A DNA stretch of 60,687 nucleotides, filler included, from Dirinaria sp. TL-2023a (Eukaryota), in assembly GCA_051941275.1 (NCBI GenBank). It is 2 parts of 2 records of this genome, joined end to end, with 100 filler letters (N's around TTAATTAATTAA, not from the genome) between each part and the next. Parts side by side here need not be neighbours in the genome. Positions count along the whole stretch, not along the records: positions 30,397 to 60,687 come from JAVEBF010000102.1; 1 more part is not named here. The stretch is one strand, 5' to 3'. Positions 38,031 to 51,557 of the stretch are shown one piece after another (positions within the stretch are counted from its first letter, which is position 1; each line of letters opens with the position of its first letter). The notes beneath the pieces were generated by a model. It did not search any database and had not been told where the DNA came from. It saw nothing but the letters and a program-made list of their open reading frames with translations. Both the position numbers and the translations under genes were made by a program.

Positions 38031-38649
38031 TGGGGATTCGATTTCTATCTGGGCGTTCATGTCAGACTTGGATTGTGAGGAATGCTCGAGCCAGGGAATG
38101 CTCACAGTTTAGAAGTGCACATGACGGAGTCACTAATACGGTGCATGTGTGCAGGTGAATTGGTTGAGGTGAAGGAATTGCGCCTCGTCGGGCCGAGTTT
38201 CCTATTGTCCCATTGTCCTCCTTTGACAGCAATTACCGGTCGAGCCGGTATCAATTGGAAAGCTTTAGTCCCAAATAAGAGTTTCAGCATTGTTTTTCTA
38301 TCCATGAGATCAAGCATTCCATTCACTAGTATACGAGCTTCCAGATTGGATCGCTGCGTCCATGAACATGTTGTTCATCAATGCATGTGCTGGTGCGCGT
38401 TGATTTCGACCGGTTGAAGCTCACTCAGTTCAACCTCCTTTAATGTGGTTAAGAATCGTTGCATCAATTATAACGCGCTTTAGACTACCTTATTCGTCTG
38501 ATTCTAAGGTACAGAGAAAGGTGTATTCTATGGCCGACGCTGCGCTCACGTGACATACACAAAAATTTTTTTTGGAAAGTTCGGCGTGTGCAAGCGCTCG
38601 ACACGATTGTTGCGGTTGATGATCTGAACGCGATCCCACGCAGCCATCA

Positions 38650-39772
38650 CTATCTGAAGCCACGCCCTCGAGGTCGGGAGTAGAGATCGTCACTATATAG
38701 CGGCCGATAGCTCTTCTCCCTTCCAGCGTCCCTGGATCTGCCTTCATCCCTTCGGCTGGGTTGCCATTTGTCTTGACGATCATCCACATCAACTTCCATC
38801 TCATCGACTTGGGTATCGAAACCATAGCTACCATCTTGAAATTCTGGATCAGCCCGCCTTCGGTTGCGATCGTAGTGTTCACGCTGGCGCTCGTAGGACG
38901 ACGGAGCTTCAGTATCGGGTGTAACAGGTGGTTTCTTTGCAGGGCCGGTGGGCACAGCAGGAGAACCACGAGCTTTCATATATATGTGGAGTAATCGTCC
39001 GTCAGCCTAGCACAGCTGATTAGCTTAGGCCACGACGGCATGCGCAATATCAGGAACCTTCTTATTGTTATATAATTCGACTAAGCTCTCTGCGTCCTGC
39101 TTGTCCGGGAACACGAGTTCCGCTATCACGGTCGGGGAGGATGTTAAGATGCGGCAGCTTTGTAGTGTAATAGTACTAGGAACCATGGCTGATTCTATAT
39201 CGGCGGCAGTAGTTCCAGGGGCGAAATTGCTCCCAATCACGACGTATGGGCCTGCGACGCCGCGAATGCTCAGGCCTCCGCTATCTCCATTGCTAGCCTC
39301 TCTTTGCAAAGCGTTAAAAAGGCGATTATTGCGTTGGTCAACCCGAGGTGAGCGGGTCATGGGATTCACAAGTGCAGAATTACGGGCTGGTCGGTTGCGT
39401 AGGCTAGTGACAGGCGGTGAGCCATTCTTATCTGTGGCCAGAGTGGCCTTCGGTTTAGGCGTCAATGATGCGGATCTTTGGGAAGCCTGCAGTTTTATGT
39501 CAGCTTCAGATCAATAATCGCTGGCGGCATGTCCAACTTTGGCGACTCCGACTCTACTCGCAAGGCTAGGGCCGCTGCCATGCTTCCGCAGGCCATTGGC
39601 AGGTGTACTTGCTCGACGAGATGTTCCGAGTATTTCCTGGGCAAGCGCTTCGTTCTTTCTACGCTGGCGATCTTTCAAACTTAGTGGAGCAGCTCTAACG
39701 TACTTATGCTTAGACGAGCTCACCTGCTTGAATTATGGCATCGAAGGACACAGTCTCCTTGCTGGCGGCCAT
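38650..39772 (-). CDS. Conserved fungal protein with a degenerate RRM-like domain
   Basis: Exons MAASKETVSFDAIIQA|DRQRRKNEALAQEILG...SLASRVGVAK|...GLSIRGVAGPYVVIGSNFAPGTTAADIESAM...VIAELVF...YNNKK|ADGRLLHIYMK...LYSDDLYSRPRGRGFR*. Confidence 0.8.
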
Positions 39773-40616
39773 ATGTAAGTAATACAGACACAACCTATGC
39801 AAGCCCAAAGGCAAGCGAAGGACAGCAAAGCCTCGTGCACAGTATTGAAAACGAATAATAAAGCTACTGACAGCTACCTGGATTCAACCCAGTGTGAACG
39901 GTGTGTCTCGGTTGATTGGTAGGTAATTTACAGCTAGACCATTTATGTATGTAATATTACGAATGATAAATGACATCACTGGCATAAGGGAAGCATAAGG
40001 GAAGATACCTACCTTACTGTACTTTCCCTTCTTCTTGAAGCACCTTCGACCTTCAATTTGAAATTAGGTCCACTAAATGGATATCCTGTTTGCTAATGGC
40101 CTACGGTTTTCCAAGGGTAATGTCGTCTATTATTCCGTCTTCTTGCTAATCTATCAGTAATCAGTGTCTCGGTATTGTTCTCCGATGTACCGAGTAATAC
40201 TTGGTTAAGTCATATATTTCTGAGCTTTGGACGCTTTCTGCGGCCAGATGCTTTCAAGGAAACAGTGTGCCTCGACTATGAGGCTCATTGCCTCTTGGCA
40301 AGTTGAGCAATCTGTGTCTACTATTGAGAGCATTCTTCGGGTTCTAAAAATGCAGATTCTATCGGCAGCATTGCCAGGAGACGGCCAATTTTCACGACGT
40401 CTCTCATTTTGGGAAGTCGCGACATGTGGAGCTATCGTCTGCACTTTCTCAGCCACTTTGAGCTCCTCTTGCCTTTTCACTGCTTTCTATTTTGATCTCG
40501 ATGCTCTCTCCATGATCTGTCCTTTAACGTAGCATGCTCAACTTCTTGGTGTAATTAGACATCCCATCCCGCTTGACAGATTACTAGCTGTCTGGCTTGC
40601 GTGAATTCTTTTCACA

Positions 40617-43564
40617 ATGTCAACTATTCGTCATAGGCTCAGCCAGCTAGTAGGCCTCAGCGAGGACTCAACCGCTGACAGCGATGCGAGCACCAGCGCT
40701 CTTAGAAGCCCTAGTACCCCATCAGAAACCAACACTGACATTTCAGCTAGCACTGGCAGGAGCCGCGGGAACTCGATATTCTCTGCCGCTTCGGAGTGCT
40801 TCGGCACCGCGGCGAGTAGCCTTGAGCAGACTTCGGTTCTCACTCCAAGGCCTGATAACCCAAATTCCCCAGGGAAGCTCAAGAAGGCTGTCTCTACAAC
40901 TTTCCAGACCTTTTCAAACACTCTTAGATCGAGAACCCATATATTCTATGCAGCCACAGAGACCGACAGGCCAAAAACGCCACCATCTGAGCAAAGCAAC
41001 GCTTCCGACAATCTCTACGGTGGTCAATTGTGCTCTCCAGGCAAGAAGGGGGCCAGCCGTAGCCCTCGGAAGGCATTGAAGGATATTTTCACAAGTCCTG
41101 GAAGATCCACTTCGCGAGATAGGATAGGTTGGGGGTTATATCCCAGCAGAGACATTTCGCCCAGCCCGATGCGTAGTTCTTTATGGTCTTCTATTAAGGG
41201 ACGGGCAAGCCGCGAGCACCAAATCGCTGTTGGTGTTGGTCCTGCTGAACCTGACTCACAAAGTTCACCTCAATCGTTGATTGAAGACTCTGCGCCTTCG
41301 CTCGATGTGGACATTCCTAATGGTTCTCTTACAGTATCCCAGCTCCCTGAAGGAATCAGATCCCGAGCTTTGAGAGGCAGCTCAAGCCGTCCTTCCACAC
41401 CAATTCAACTTTCTAAATCTTCAAGGGAAATGTCGAGTCAGGAAGCCCTACACCCGAGCGATCCACGAACAACGCCAGATCGCACCCACGTCCGGTTCCT
41501 GGAATTGACACCGAAGTCACGCGTTTCGGGAGTACAATCGGTGAGAAAGAGCTCACCTAACCCGTTCTTCACGAACGGGAATAGCAGTATAAAGCATAGC
41601 ACCGGCGTTATCGGACATGCTGGGTCTTCTCCACGATGCGACGAACCAGATGCGAGCCAAGAAGCACCCACAGCATCGCCAAATACACCCAACATGGGCC
41701 CGAAAAATGTCTGGGAACAAGCACGAGCCGACCGTGAAAGCAGATACCGTGCTTTGACTGACTCAGAGACCAATTCAGACCTGGAGCTCGAGGAGAGCCT
41801 TACGACGAAATCGGACTACCGATTGGGCCAGCCGTACGTTAAGCTTCCTCTTTCATCTCCTTTCGTAAGGCAACTCAAAAACTTTCGGGCCTGATTTCTG
41901 AGCCAGCCTACCAACCTGTCTTTTACAATCCATTTATATTTCCATGAGAAGATATGCTAACACCGTAGACATGAAGGTATTCAACGGAGCTAGAGTCTTC
42001 CTCTCGAACATCAGAACTACCCAAAAGTGAGCTGCAGTATGCGGTCGAGGCAATTGACAGATCACCGGGTGAGATCTCAGATACGTCCGATCTCTCAAGG
42101 CCGAAGCCCTCGCCTTACGTTCCTGACTTCAGCGGTGACCTACATTATGCTGTAGAGGCCATCGAGAGGTCGCCAGGTACACTTTACGACGTTGCAAGCT
42201 CATCGAGCTCATCAATTTCAGATGTGCATCAAAATGAGCCTCAGTCTCCTAGTCCCGATATTCGATATGCTATTCAAGCAATGCAGGGCGTGTTCGGTAC
42301 CAATGTCAACTACCTCAGGTCCGGAGTCAGTTTCAGTGTCGACAAAGTGAACTCAATACATTGTGAGGAAAGGATGAATGCCATCTATGACTCCGAGGGA
42401 ACCGATGATTCCATTTCATTATCTAGGCCACCTACTCGTGATAGCTATACAAGGGACAATCCTGATCTCCCACCCTTGGCAGCCCCACCGTATCCGGCTC
42501 CTCACTCTTTACGAAAACTGCGTGAAACCAATGATGTGGTCGCAGCGGAAAATCTTAACTTGACGGCAGCCGTCGGTGACTCCTCGCTAGTTAAAACCCC
42601 TGCCGAAAGAGCTGATACGGCCTCTCAAGCACTCGAATCAGACCATGGATTCGATCAGCAACCTGTGACAGGGGGTGTCTTCGACCCCAATAAGGATATG
42701 AAGCACACTGCAGAGCCGCTCACATTTGGCAAGGGTCGTATGCCGATAGAAGAACAATTAGAATTGACCGCACAAGCAGACTCCCCAGGCAAAGAACAGA
42801 TGCTTACGCCAGCAAGAGTTCCCTTGCCTGCCAGTCCATACTCAACCTCTCGTGGTTTCGATTTGCCAATCAGACTGCGCAGCCAATTGTACAAGCCGGT
42901 CTTGGACAATCAGAGTCAAAATGGGCCACAAAAGGCGGATGATGTGGAGAAACCTTTAACTGATTCGAAACCCCCTGTCTTCACCGAGCCATCTACTTCA
43001 ACAGGCAAGAAGAAAAAGAAGAAGTCGCCAAAGCGTAAGAAGTCTCTCAAGAAGCTATCTCCGTCGAAGAAAGATAGCCGTGCTCTTGTCGAGATCTCCG
43101 GTAATGCCGAGAAGGAATACTCGTATTCACAGATTGCAAACGGGGACCGCCAGGTTGATACGCTCAAAGAAGGTTTTAAAGAAGCGCATCTCGGTACCAA
43201 GGCGGACACACCGGAGGTAGCCGAACAGCGTTGTCAAACTAGCAGCCCGGAAAAGGGAGTGTGGTGGGCAAGGGAAGACGAGTCCATGGGGGAGTCAGGA
43301 TCACCATCATCCCCTACATTGAAGCGAGCACTACCCCATAATTGCCTCGAAGGATTGCGAGAACAGCAGGAGTCGGCCTACAATAGTAATGCCAACAGAT
43401 TTTCCGCACTCCAACACACGGAGCGTGAAGCGATGGACTCGACTACTGACGGGCCATGGGACGAAATAGATAAGGCTGCCGTGGCCGAACACCTCAGGAA
43501 TGTGGTCGAAGGTATCACCAGGGACTTGAAGGAGAACAAGCCCAGGCGCGATTTCGTACAGTAA
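40617..43564 (+). CDS. Large Ser/Pro-rich, largely disordered hypothetical protein (2 exons)
   Basis: Exon 40617-41833, intron GTACGT...GCTAAC...AAG (41834-41976), and exon 41977-43564 in frame. Many SP/TP sites and a Lys-rich NLS-like run (KKKKKKSPKRKK). Confidence 0.75.
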
Positions 43565-43839
43565 TAGTATACTTCAGAGGTCATCAGGAGAGAGAGGGCA
43601 CAGGGGCGACTAGCCGAGTATCTGTTACGAAAGGGCTATCGATACTATTTCTAGTCATCAGCAGCAGCATCACGAACGGCTAAACCGAGTCTCAGTCAAG
43701 CCTTCGCTTCAGCATTTTCTTGGTGGATGCGGAAGGTAAGAGAGCGGGGCGGTTAATTATTGTTTTCCTCATAGCAGGCCGCTTCGCTGGCATTAGATAT
43801 CGATACGAGCACGGGTAGTTCTTAGAAAATCAGAAAATC

Positions 43840-45200
43840 AGGAAATGGAAAAAGTGAATTTTCATAACCCCTTTCTTTATTTCTTGCTTGCTTGCTTGTT
43901 GTGTTCTATGGATTTTTGGAAGGGGAGGTATCTATCACCATTTTTAACTTTTCATTCATTCATTATTCAGTCTCTGTATGTAGATGGATCTCTTCTCGAC
44001 TACTTACTCTGTTGTACTTTTCACACAAATTTTTTTTTTTTTCCCCCCCTTGTTCGCTCACATCTCCCCCTCTCTCTTCGTGCTCGTGTTCCCCGTACAC
44101 TCAATCGTAAGGCATACAATGCAACCTTTCCTGTTTTTTGGGAGGAAGGATTCCCGGTCGATGGTGTATTACTCTTCTCTCTCTGATCTTGAGAGGGGAG
44201 AGTGGGGAGTTAGAGTGAACTTTAGAGGAGGGAGAGAGGAAGAAGGAAATGCTGATTTCGTTTCTATAGGTCTTTTTAGGCTATTTTTGTTTTGTTGAGG
44301 AAGAAGGTATACATACACGAGCTCTTTGGCTCTTGATATATACACCTGTTAAATTTTCGCGATGGAAACGTATACCAAATAACTAATACCATTCTATCAT
44401 GATCCTGATCGTAGTGTTTTAGTGTTCTAGGGGAAAATCATCGATTGATAAAGGAAGGAGAGAGGGGGGGGGGTTGTTTTGATGTTAATCTTGAATTCTC
44501 GGTTCGATATTGATATCGGTACTAGTATTGGGGTATAGAATAGAATATATATGAACAAAGGAAGCAAGAGGTAGATATTTATCCCACACGAGACTCGAAA
44601 CGAAAAGAGAAAAAAGAAAAAGAAGAGCAGGTAACTCTCATATGCACATATAGTCACTACTACACTACCTCCCCTCTCAAGTGCCCTCTCTCTCAAAAGG
44701 CCCGAGCAACATAACGAGGAGGAAACAAGACATCCGATTTTTTTTTTTCTTTTCTTTTTTGTTTCTTTCTTTTGCGGCATAGCATAGCATGAGCATACTT
44801 TAGGATTTTATCAAACTATGGGTGGGTATATTATGTACATACACAAACCAAACCAACCGACTAATACCCCAGATTCCACAAAACAAACACGCAAAAACTC
44901 ACGAGTTCTCGAAAGCCAAAGCCAAAGCCTCTCGAGAACCTTTCTTTTTGTAGCAAAGGACTCGCACGGGTCGGGGTTTTGGACGTGGGAAAGAAAAAAG
45001 GGAGTTCCTGTGATTTAAAAAAGAAAAAAAGATTTCTTGTTCTTATCACACAATTCAAGAAAGCTTCGAAGAAGAAGCTAGCTAGCTACTACGCCCACGG
45101 CGGCATGTTGATTGATCGCCACGCGCGCACTTTTCTCTCTCCCTCTCTCCCTCTCATATGCTGATGAAACCATTCCTCTCTCAACTTCTCTGAAACCAAG
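43840..45200. repeat. Low-complexity homopolymer/microsatellite-rich region between convergent genes
   Basis: Numerous poly-T, poly-A and poly-G runs plus CT/GA repeats between the 3' ends of the 40617 gene and eIF4G. Confidence 0.7.
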
Positions 45201-45637
45201 CCAGTGCTCGCAGGCGCTGCTGCCTTTTCAGAATGTTCCTTCCGTTTGCTTTTCGGCTCTTCTTTCATCCCCACGAGCGCGAACTGTTATGACCGTGGCC
45301 CCCCTTTGGTGTGCGTGTGTGGGTGTAAAAGGGAGGCGATCGCCGACGAAAGATTACCAAGATGCTGTCAGATGGTCCCGGATTGATCGCAAAATGCCAA
45401 AGGTTGCTCTTGCCCGACTTGCGCCATGCTCTTGCCGTCTAAGCTAGCGCCGGTCTGGATGAAGGAAAGGTGAAAACAAACTTTTGTTGAGACACGTTCT
45501 AAGTGAAGTAATGCACATGCTGTTGCTGATGCGTGCTGGGTCCGGCAGTCGGATTATATGCACGCTCTGATGCTGACCTAATGGCCGATGGTCTTGGTGG
45601 CCTTGTGGAAAGATTTCGACGGTGGCTAGAGGGACTC

Positions 45638-48600
45638 TCATGATGTTCCCTCATTATTCGCCTTCTCTCTGCCGAGAGGTGACTTAGACCGTTGAGCACC
45701 TGCAGGCTGGAGTTTCGTTGTGGGAGGGGAGCCAGCGGAAGAAGCGTTATCGGCAGCTTCGCCAGAATCAAGGCTTGCAAGAGCACTACTATTGTTAATC
45801 GCCAAACGTTTAAATCGGAGACAGTTGTCATCCTACCTGAAAGCATTCTTCGAAGTGTCCTTGTCCTTTTCATCTTTCTTCTCCTTCTGAATAGGTGGTG
45901 TATTCGTCCGGCTTGATGCACTGGAATCGTCGCCCGGCGTGCCAAATAGTGGTTTCCGAGTGTTGGAGCCTCTCGCACTAGCGAACATCGAACTTGGACC
46001 GAACTTGGGAGGTGCTTGATTGCTGGCCTGCCTAGAACTACCGCCTCTCTGCTGCAGTCGCTTTATATCGTCGACTCCAACAAGCGAATTGGCAGCTGGC
46101 GGGGGCATCGGCCCACCACCTGAGAAGTTGCGCGCATCGCCGCGACCAAGGGGTGGACGTCCTCCGCCGCCTCTCCGCGACGCAACCTCGCTACGGATAC
46201 GCTCTTGCTCCTTTTCTTGTTCAGCGGCAACAGCCTGCGATAATTTTAGCGACATTGTGTAAACAAGGGCTTGAAGATCTTACCTGTGCCCGAACAGCAT
46301 CAAGCGTAGTGGGGCCTTTGATGGCCCCATCCTTCGTGTGCCACCTGGCCTTCCGCAAGTCGACAATGTCCTGAGCAGAGTCAATAACGTTTCCTTCCTC
46401 ACGATCACGTAAGTACTTACCATCAACATGAATTTGAGACGGCTTGGTAAGCCTTCAGTACCAATCATGCTCTGGATGCGTGTGAAGTAAGCCTCCATCA
46501 TGGCCGTGCCCCGCTCATTGCTATCCAGAGCTTGTCCGATGGTCTTCAGTAGACTGGTCAATGACTCGACTTCGGCTTCATCTGGAACGCCTTCCGTGTC
46601 CAGGAGCTTGTGAACGCATTGGTGCATGATACGCTCAGTAAGCATACCGAGCTTGTACAATTCTCCAATGAACCGCACCAGTCCAAGACCACGTCTCTTC
46701 GCAGCGGCTGCGATGTAGTACTCGTCTGACAGCATGGCAGCTTCTTCCGATTCGCCTTCGGGCTTTTGCGGCAGATCGATCTTCCAGCCTCGCTCGAATT
46801 CCGTCTGGCATCGGTTGAGAAGGTACTTTCGGAATAGGGCGCCTCCGACGACAACTTGGCCGTCCTTTTTGACATTCTCATCTTTGATCTCGGGACTCAT
46901 CGACTCCAGCATACGCTTGCAGAATTCGGCGTACATCTGAGCCCAGTGAGCTTCATCGGTAGCCTTTTCAAAAGTAAGCTGGATGACTTGTCTCAACGTC
47001 CGACCGTCGGTCTCATCCTTTGACTGTCCAGCGATAGCAAGGATTTGATCGGCAATCTTCGGGAAGTTGTTCGGTGTCATCTTGTTCAGATTCGACTTGA
47101 CTTTACGCTGAACCACATCGGGGGCCATGTGACCATCACCGCCGGGTGCTGGGCCAGCCAATCCAAAAGCACCCTGGCCCACAGACATTGGCTTCCAACC
47201 AGTGGCAGAGACTTCGATAGGTTTGAAGTTCCCATTCGCTGTAATGGGCATCGCCTTGGCTTCCTTCTCAGTTTCGCGTGCGGTCTTGCCCGTTTTGCTA
47301 CCACGAGTAGATCCACCACGTTGGCTGGGAGTGCCGCGCGGAGAATGAGGGTGCGCAGCTCCCATTCCTGTCGATGAAGGCGTTCGATCCATGGACTTTG
47401 TTGCCGTCATTAGGAAGCCACCAGGCCGTTGTCCAGCCACGAGCGAAGCCAAGGGATTTTGCATTGACCGTTGCCCAGGAGGACCTTGCAAAGCATTGTT
47501 TGCCGCTTTAAAGCGATCTTGGGAAGTTGTACCGGGGGGTAACGTTCTCCCACCCTGCACATTGAAGTCGCCCATACGTGTTCGGTTGACTGACGGCTGG
47601 CGCGCACCCATCCCTCCCATTGGCGGATTATTGGCGCGAGTGGATGATGATCGGGCTGCTGATGTTGGCTCGGTGGAGTCTCCCATGATCGACTTGATCT
47701 TGTTTTCCCAATCGTCGTCTGGCTTCTCCGTGAAGACACCTCTGAACTGCATCAAGAAGTTTCTGTCATAATTGAACTTCCCTGGCGGTGCGGAGGTATT
47801 CAACGCTGGGTTTGGCGAAACGAAGCCAGAGGGATATGCGACATCGTTAATATCCAGGAGTCGTCGAGCAGACAAGAGTGAGGTGAGCTGCGCACTTCGT
47901 TGAGGCGCTTCGACTTGTTTGGCCGTCTCAAGCTTGAGGGCTGCAGGCTTGGGCTTCGCACCAGTCACTTTGATGGGCGGTGGCATTGTTGCTTCCGATG
48001 CTGGCGTTGCAGTTCCACTTCCTTCTGCTGTTTCGGCCGCAGGAGGCTCACTCGATGGCGTGCCAGGGGTCTGCTTCTGCAAAGCAGCGAAAAGATTTGT
48101 CCGCTCCTTCTGGGATTCATCACTTTCGCCTTCTTGCAGATTTTTGATTCTTGCCTCCTCAGCTGCTTCGGCCTCGCGCTCTGCTCTCTTCATATCTTCA
48201 GCGGCCGTCTTGGCAGCTTCTTCCTCTTTGCGTGCTTGCTCTTCTTTCTCGGCTTGCTTTTTCCGCTGGTACGCCTCTTCCTTTTCACGCTCTTCGCGCT
48301 CTATGGCCTCCATCTCGGCCTCGATTCGAGCGAAGTACTCGTCTTCCTCTCGTGCTTTCCTAGCTTGTTCCTCAGCGTCATCTTGAGCTTTCTTGGCTGC
48401 CTTCTCTGCATTCTCTGCTTGGGCCTTAGCCTCCCTCGCGGCATTCTCTGCTTCCATCTGTGCCTTGGCTGCTTCTTGTTGTTTCGCATCAGCTTCCTCC
48501 TTCTCTTTGAGGGCTTGGGCTTCCGCAGCTTTCTTCCCTTCAGCAACCTTTGCCTCGTCTTCGTCCTTCTGCCGCTTTTCCTCAGCCTTGTCAGCCTCCA

Positions 48601-50497
48601 TCTTCTTAGCGATAGCGTCTTTCATGTCGTTGCGCTTCTCTTCATCGGACTTGACACTCTTGCTCTCAGTGCGATGGTGATGAATGTCTGGCTGACTTCC
48701 ACTGTGTGGGAGAGGCGGGGTTGTCAACGAGGAAGTGTTGGCTGGAGAGCTCTTGGGTGCGGGGGAGACAGCCTGTTTGCTGAGATCCACGATGTTCCCG
48801 TTTTGGTCTTTGATGACAATACCGCCAGCTTTTCGCTGGGGCTTCTGGAAGGTCGCAGATTTGGGACCAGGGCTAGCAGTTGGACGGCTCGGGGCCGCAG
48901 CTTGGCTGACTACGGGAGTCGTACTGGGCGCTTGCGACCTGCCCATAGTCGAACCAGGTCGATCAGTGGCAGACATGGCCGACGAAGTGCGGGACATGGA
49001 TTGCGGCTGCTGCTGGTTTGGGTATTGTCCAGGGAAGTATTGCTGACCTATCGGTTGATGAGGCTGTTGGGGACGCGGCGAGCTCGGCGGCTGTTGCATA
49101 TACATCTGTTGCGCCTGTTGCGGGTTCATATTGTATGATGCGTAGAATTGAGCAATATTTGGGTCAAGGAAGCTTTGCGGCGGCATGGCGTAGTGAGCCT
49201 GATTTCTATCTGTCAGAAGGCGCTCAAAATTGCCGGACGCTGGTGACAAGTCTGGAGTGAAGGGACCAAATGTCCCATTAAAAGAGACCTGAGCCCTGGG
49301 CAGCTCAGGTGTAGGATGATTGACATGCAGGGGCAAAGAAGATCGAGGATTTACTTGAGGTCCCATGCTTGGTGGATAGCCTGGGTAGTGTTGAGGGTAC
49401 ATGGGCGAGCCCATTGGTACCTGACCCTGATGCTGATGCACTGGTTGCGCTGCCGCTAAAGCAGGGCTGCGAGCGCTCTGATGCGGTGAGCCCGGGTATT
49501 GGCCTAAAGAGCGGCCTGGCTGCTGATAGCCAGGGTTGATGTTCTGTGCGCCGCTGCGGGACTGGTTTGGATTAGGTCGATAATTGTTGGGTGCCGGAGA
49601 GTAAGGCAACTGCTGGTTATTGTAAGGACTTGGGTAACCACCTCGGCCACGGTTGCCTTGGGGTGGATATCCTGCTCTGCCCTGTCCAGGGACGATGCCC
49701 TGATTCCCAAAGTCGTTATGTGTTGACTGGGACGATTCGCGTCTGAGGTGACTAGTTTGAGGAGCTGTAGGGGGGAGACCTTGTGAAGGGCCACCAGCTC
49801 GCATTTGGCGCTTATACGGAGTCAGTATGAGAAAACTGGGTTCAGTGCAAAAACGACTCACATTTGGGTCTTCGCCGTTCATGGAACCGAAATTCACGTT
49901 GTTTCCTTGGCCCTGGAAGCTCGACGGTGGTCTGCCTCCGCTCGCAGGCGGCTGAGGAATGGGCGAAGGTGACGACGTAGGTGACGTAATTCGTGGGTTC
50001 GGATTGTTGACCGACAGTGAATTTGTGGATTGGTTCATCTGCGGAGTTGCGTTTGGCAGGGCTGGTGACCTGTCGGGGTTGAACGCCCCAAACTGGATCC
50101 CATTACCGCCTGTTGGCTTCCCTGCGACAGGACCCCCATTAAGCATATATCCTGGAGGCCCAGTGGCGCTGATTGTGACGGAGGACTTGCGGCTGTGATC
50201 GCCAAGGCTGGCATTTGAGCTCATTCCCACATTTGCTCCATTGGCCGCGGTGGGAGAATCTACGGTGGGGACGGCGGGCACGATGGGGTTGCGCCCATTC
50301 ACGGAGGAGACAGTGTCGGATCGAGCATGTTGGGTTTGCCCGGCACCGCCGACTGCGCTGGCGTAGTTTCGAGCAGCCGAACCAGCGGCTGGAGAGGGAG
50401 TTTTTCCGCTCGTCGATGCCAACTGTGCCGGAGTCTGCGTGATGGTTTGCGATGGGTTGCTTGGTGCTTGCGGTGGTAGGAGGGGTTGAGAGATCAT
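45638..50497 (-). CDS. TIF4631: Eukaryotic translation initiation factor 4G
   Basis: eIF4E-binding motif FNYDRNFLMQF (YxxxxL-phi); MIF4G domain VQRKVKSNLNKMTP...FEKATDEAHWAQMYAEFC...LFRKYLLNRCQ...KRRGLGLVRFIGELYK; five introns; last exon ends ...NNEGTS* at 45638. The symbol is that of the yeast homologue. Confidence 0.95.
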
Positions 50498-51557
50498 TTG
50501 ATTTGTAAGATTCCGCGAGAAGTTCTCGTTTCGTTTGTGATAAGTTGGACGTGGATGCGATCGGAGTCGTATTAATGTCCAGATCACAGATCCAGGACGC
50601 CTCTAGGAGGAATAAGAAGAGAAAATGAAGGGATGGGGTTGATAAAGGTGTTGAAGTCTGTAGGTGTCGTTGAACACCAAGTCGCGGTGTCAGATGGGGG
50701 TGGGTGGTGAAAGGCTTGCTTGGCCACCGACAGGGTTGGAGGAGTGTTCCTAATCCAGATACACCGGTGGGGTGATGGGATTAGGAGAGACTCTTGGTGG
50801 AGTTAGAGACTGCGATGACCCCAAGGGATTCGCAGCATGGGGGGTTTTTGGTGAGATGTTGGTGATTAAGTTGGTGGATAGAAATGGGGGAGTTTTCGAG
50901 AGGTTTTTTTTCCTTGAAGTTACTTCTTCCCATTCGGCTGGCGCACTATCCCTGTTTCGGCTCTGGGCCAATCAGAAGGCGGGAAGCGGGAAAGTAGGGC
51001 AAACGGTTCTCTCGGAGCAGCCGCTACTCTAGGGTAAGGTCAAGTAAGGTAATGTAATAATGTATTAGGTAAGATAGGGTCTATCCTGTCCAACACAAGG
51101 GTCACTTCACACAATAATTCACTTCCCTACCTTACTTTCCCTTTGTCTAAGGTACAAGTACATCGGCCTTACAAATACTCTGAACCCCGCTTCTCACAAT
51201 TCACTCCTACCTCTGCATCATGCTGAAACCATTGTTCCCAAACAGCAAAGATCAATTCACTCGACACCTCAATACAATTGTCATCTTCCCACACCGCATG
51301 GAAAATTTGAGTAAGCCCCGATCCTACCTTATTGTTCTGCCAAAAATAACCTCCACCGAGGCACCGCCTAACCCTAAGGTGAGGTAAGTCATAACCTAAA
51401 TCACCTCAGATACTGCCTTAAGGTAAGGTACGGTACCTATGTAACTACCTTATGTAAGTATGTAATGTATCAACAGTTGGCATATCACCTTGACAAAGCC
51501 CAAATGCAGAGAAGAATTATGACTCCATTTTCCCAATAATAATGTGATTCACACGCC

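Noticed and set aside
43845..45447. Short Phe/Lys-rich ORFs downstream of eIF4G
   Set aside because: Products of homopolymer-rich low-complexity sequence.
47900..49138. 412-aa antisense ORF within eIF4G, and similar shadow ORFs in TOF1 and POL1
   Set aside because: Mirror frames of Glu/Lys/Ala-rich or GC-rich coding sequence.
51309..51320. Minus-strand CGGGGCTTACTC resembling RNase MRP CR-V
   Set aside because: No matching CR-I (GAAAGUCCCC) upstream on that strand, and the nearby structure favours the + strand.
51368..51377. CTAACCCTAA as a telomerase RNA template linked to the downstream structured element
   Set aside because: It sits inside an AGGTA/ACCT motif cluster, and I found no adjacent U-rich pseudoknot or P6.1-like hairpin. 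Not formally excluded; worth a covariance-model test.
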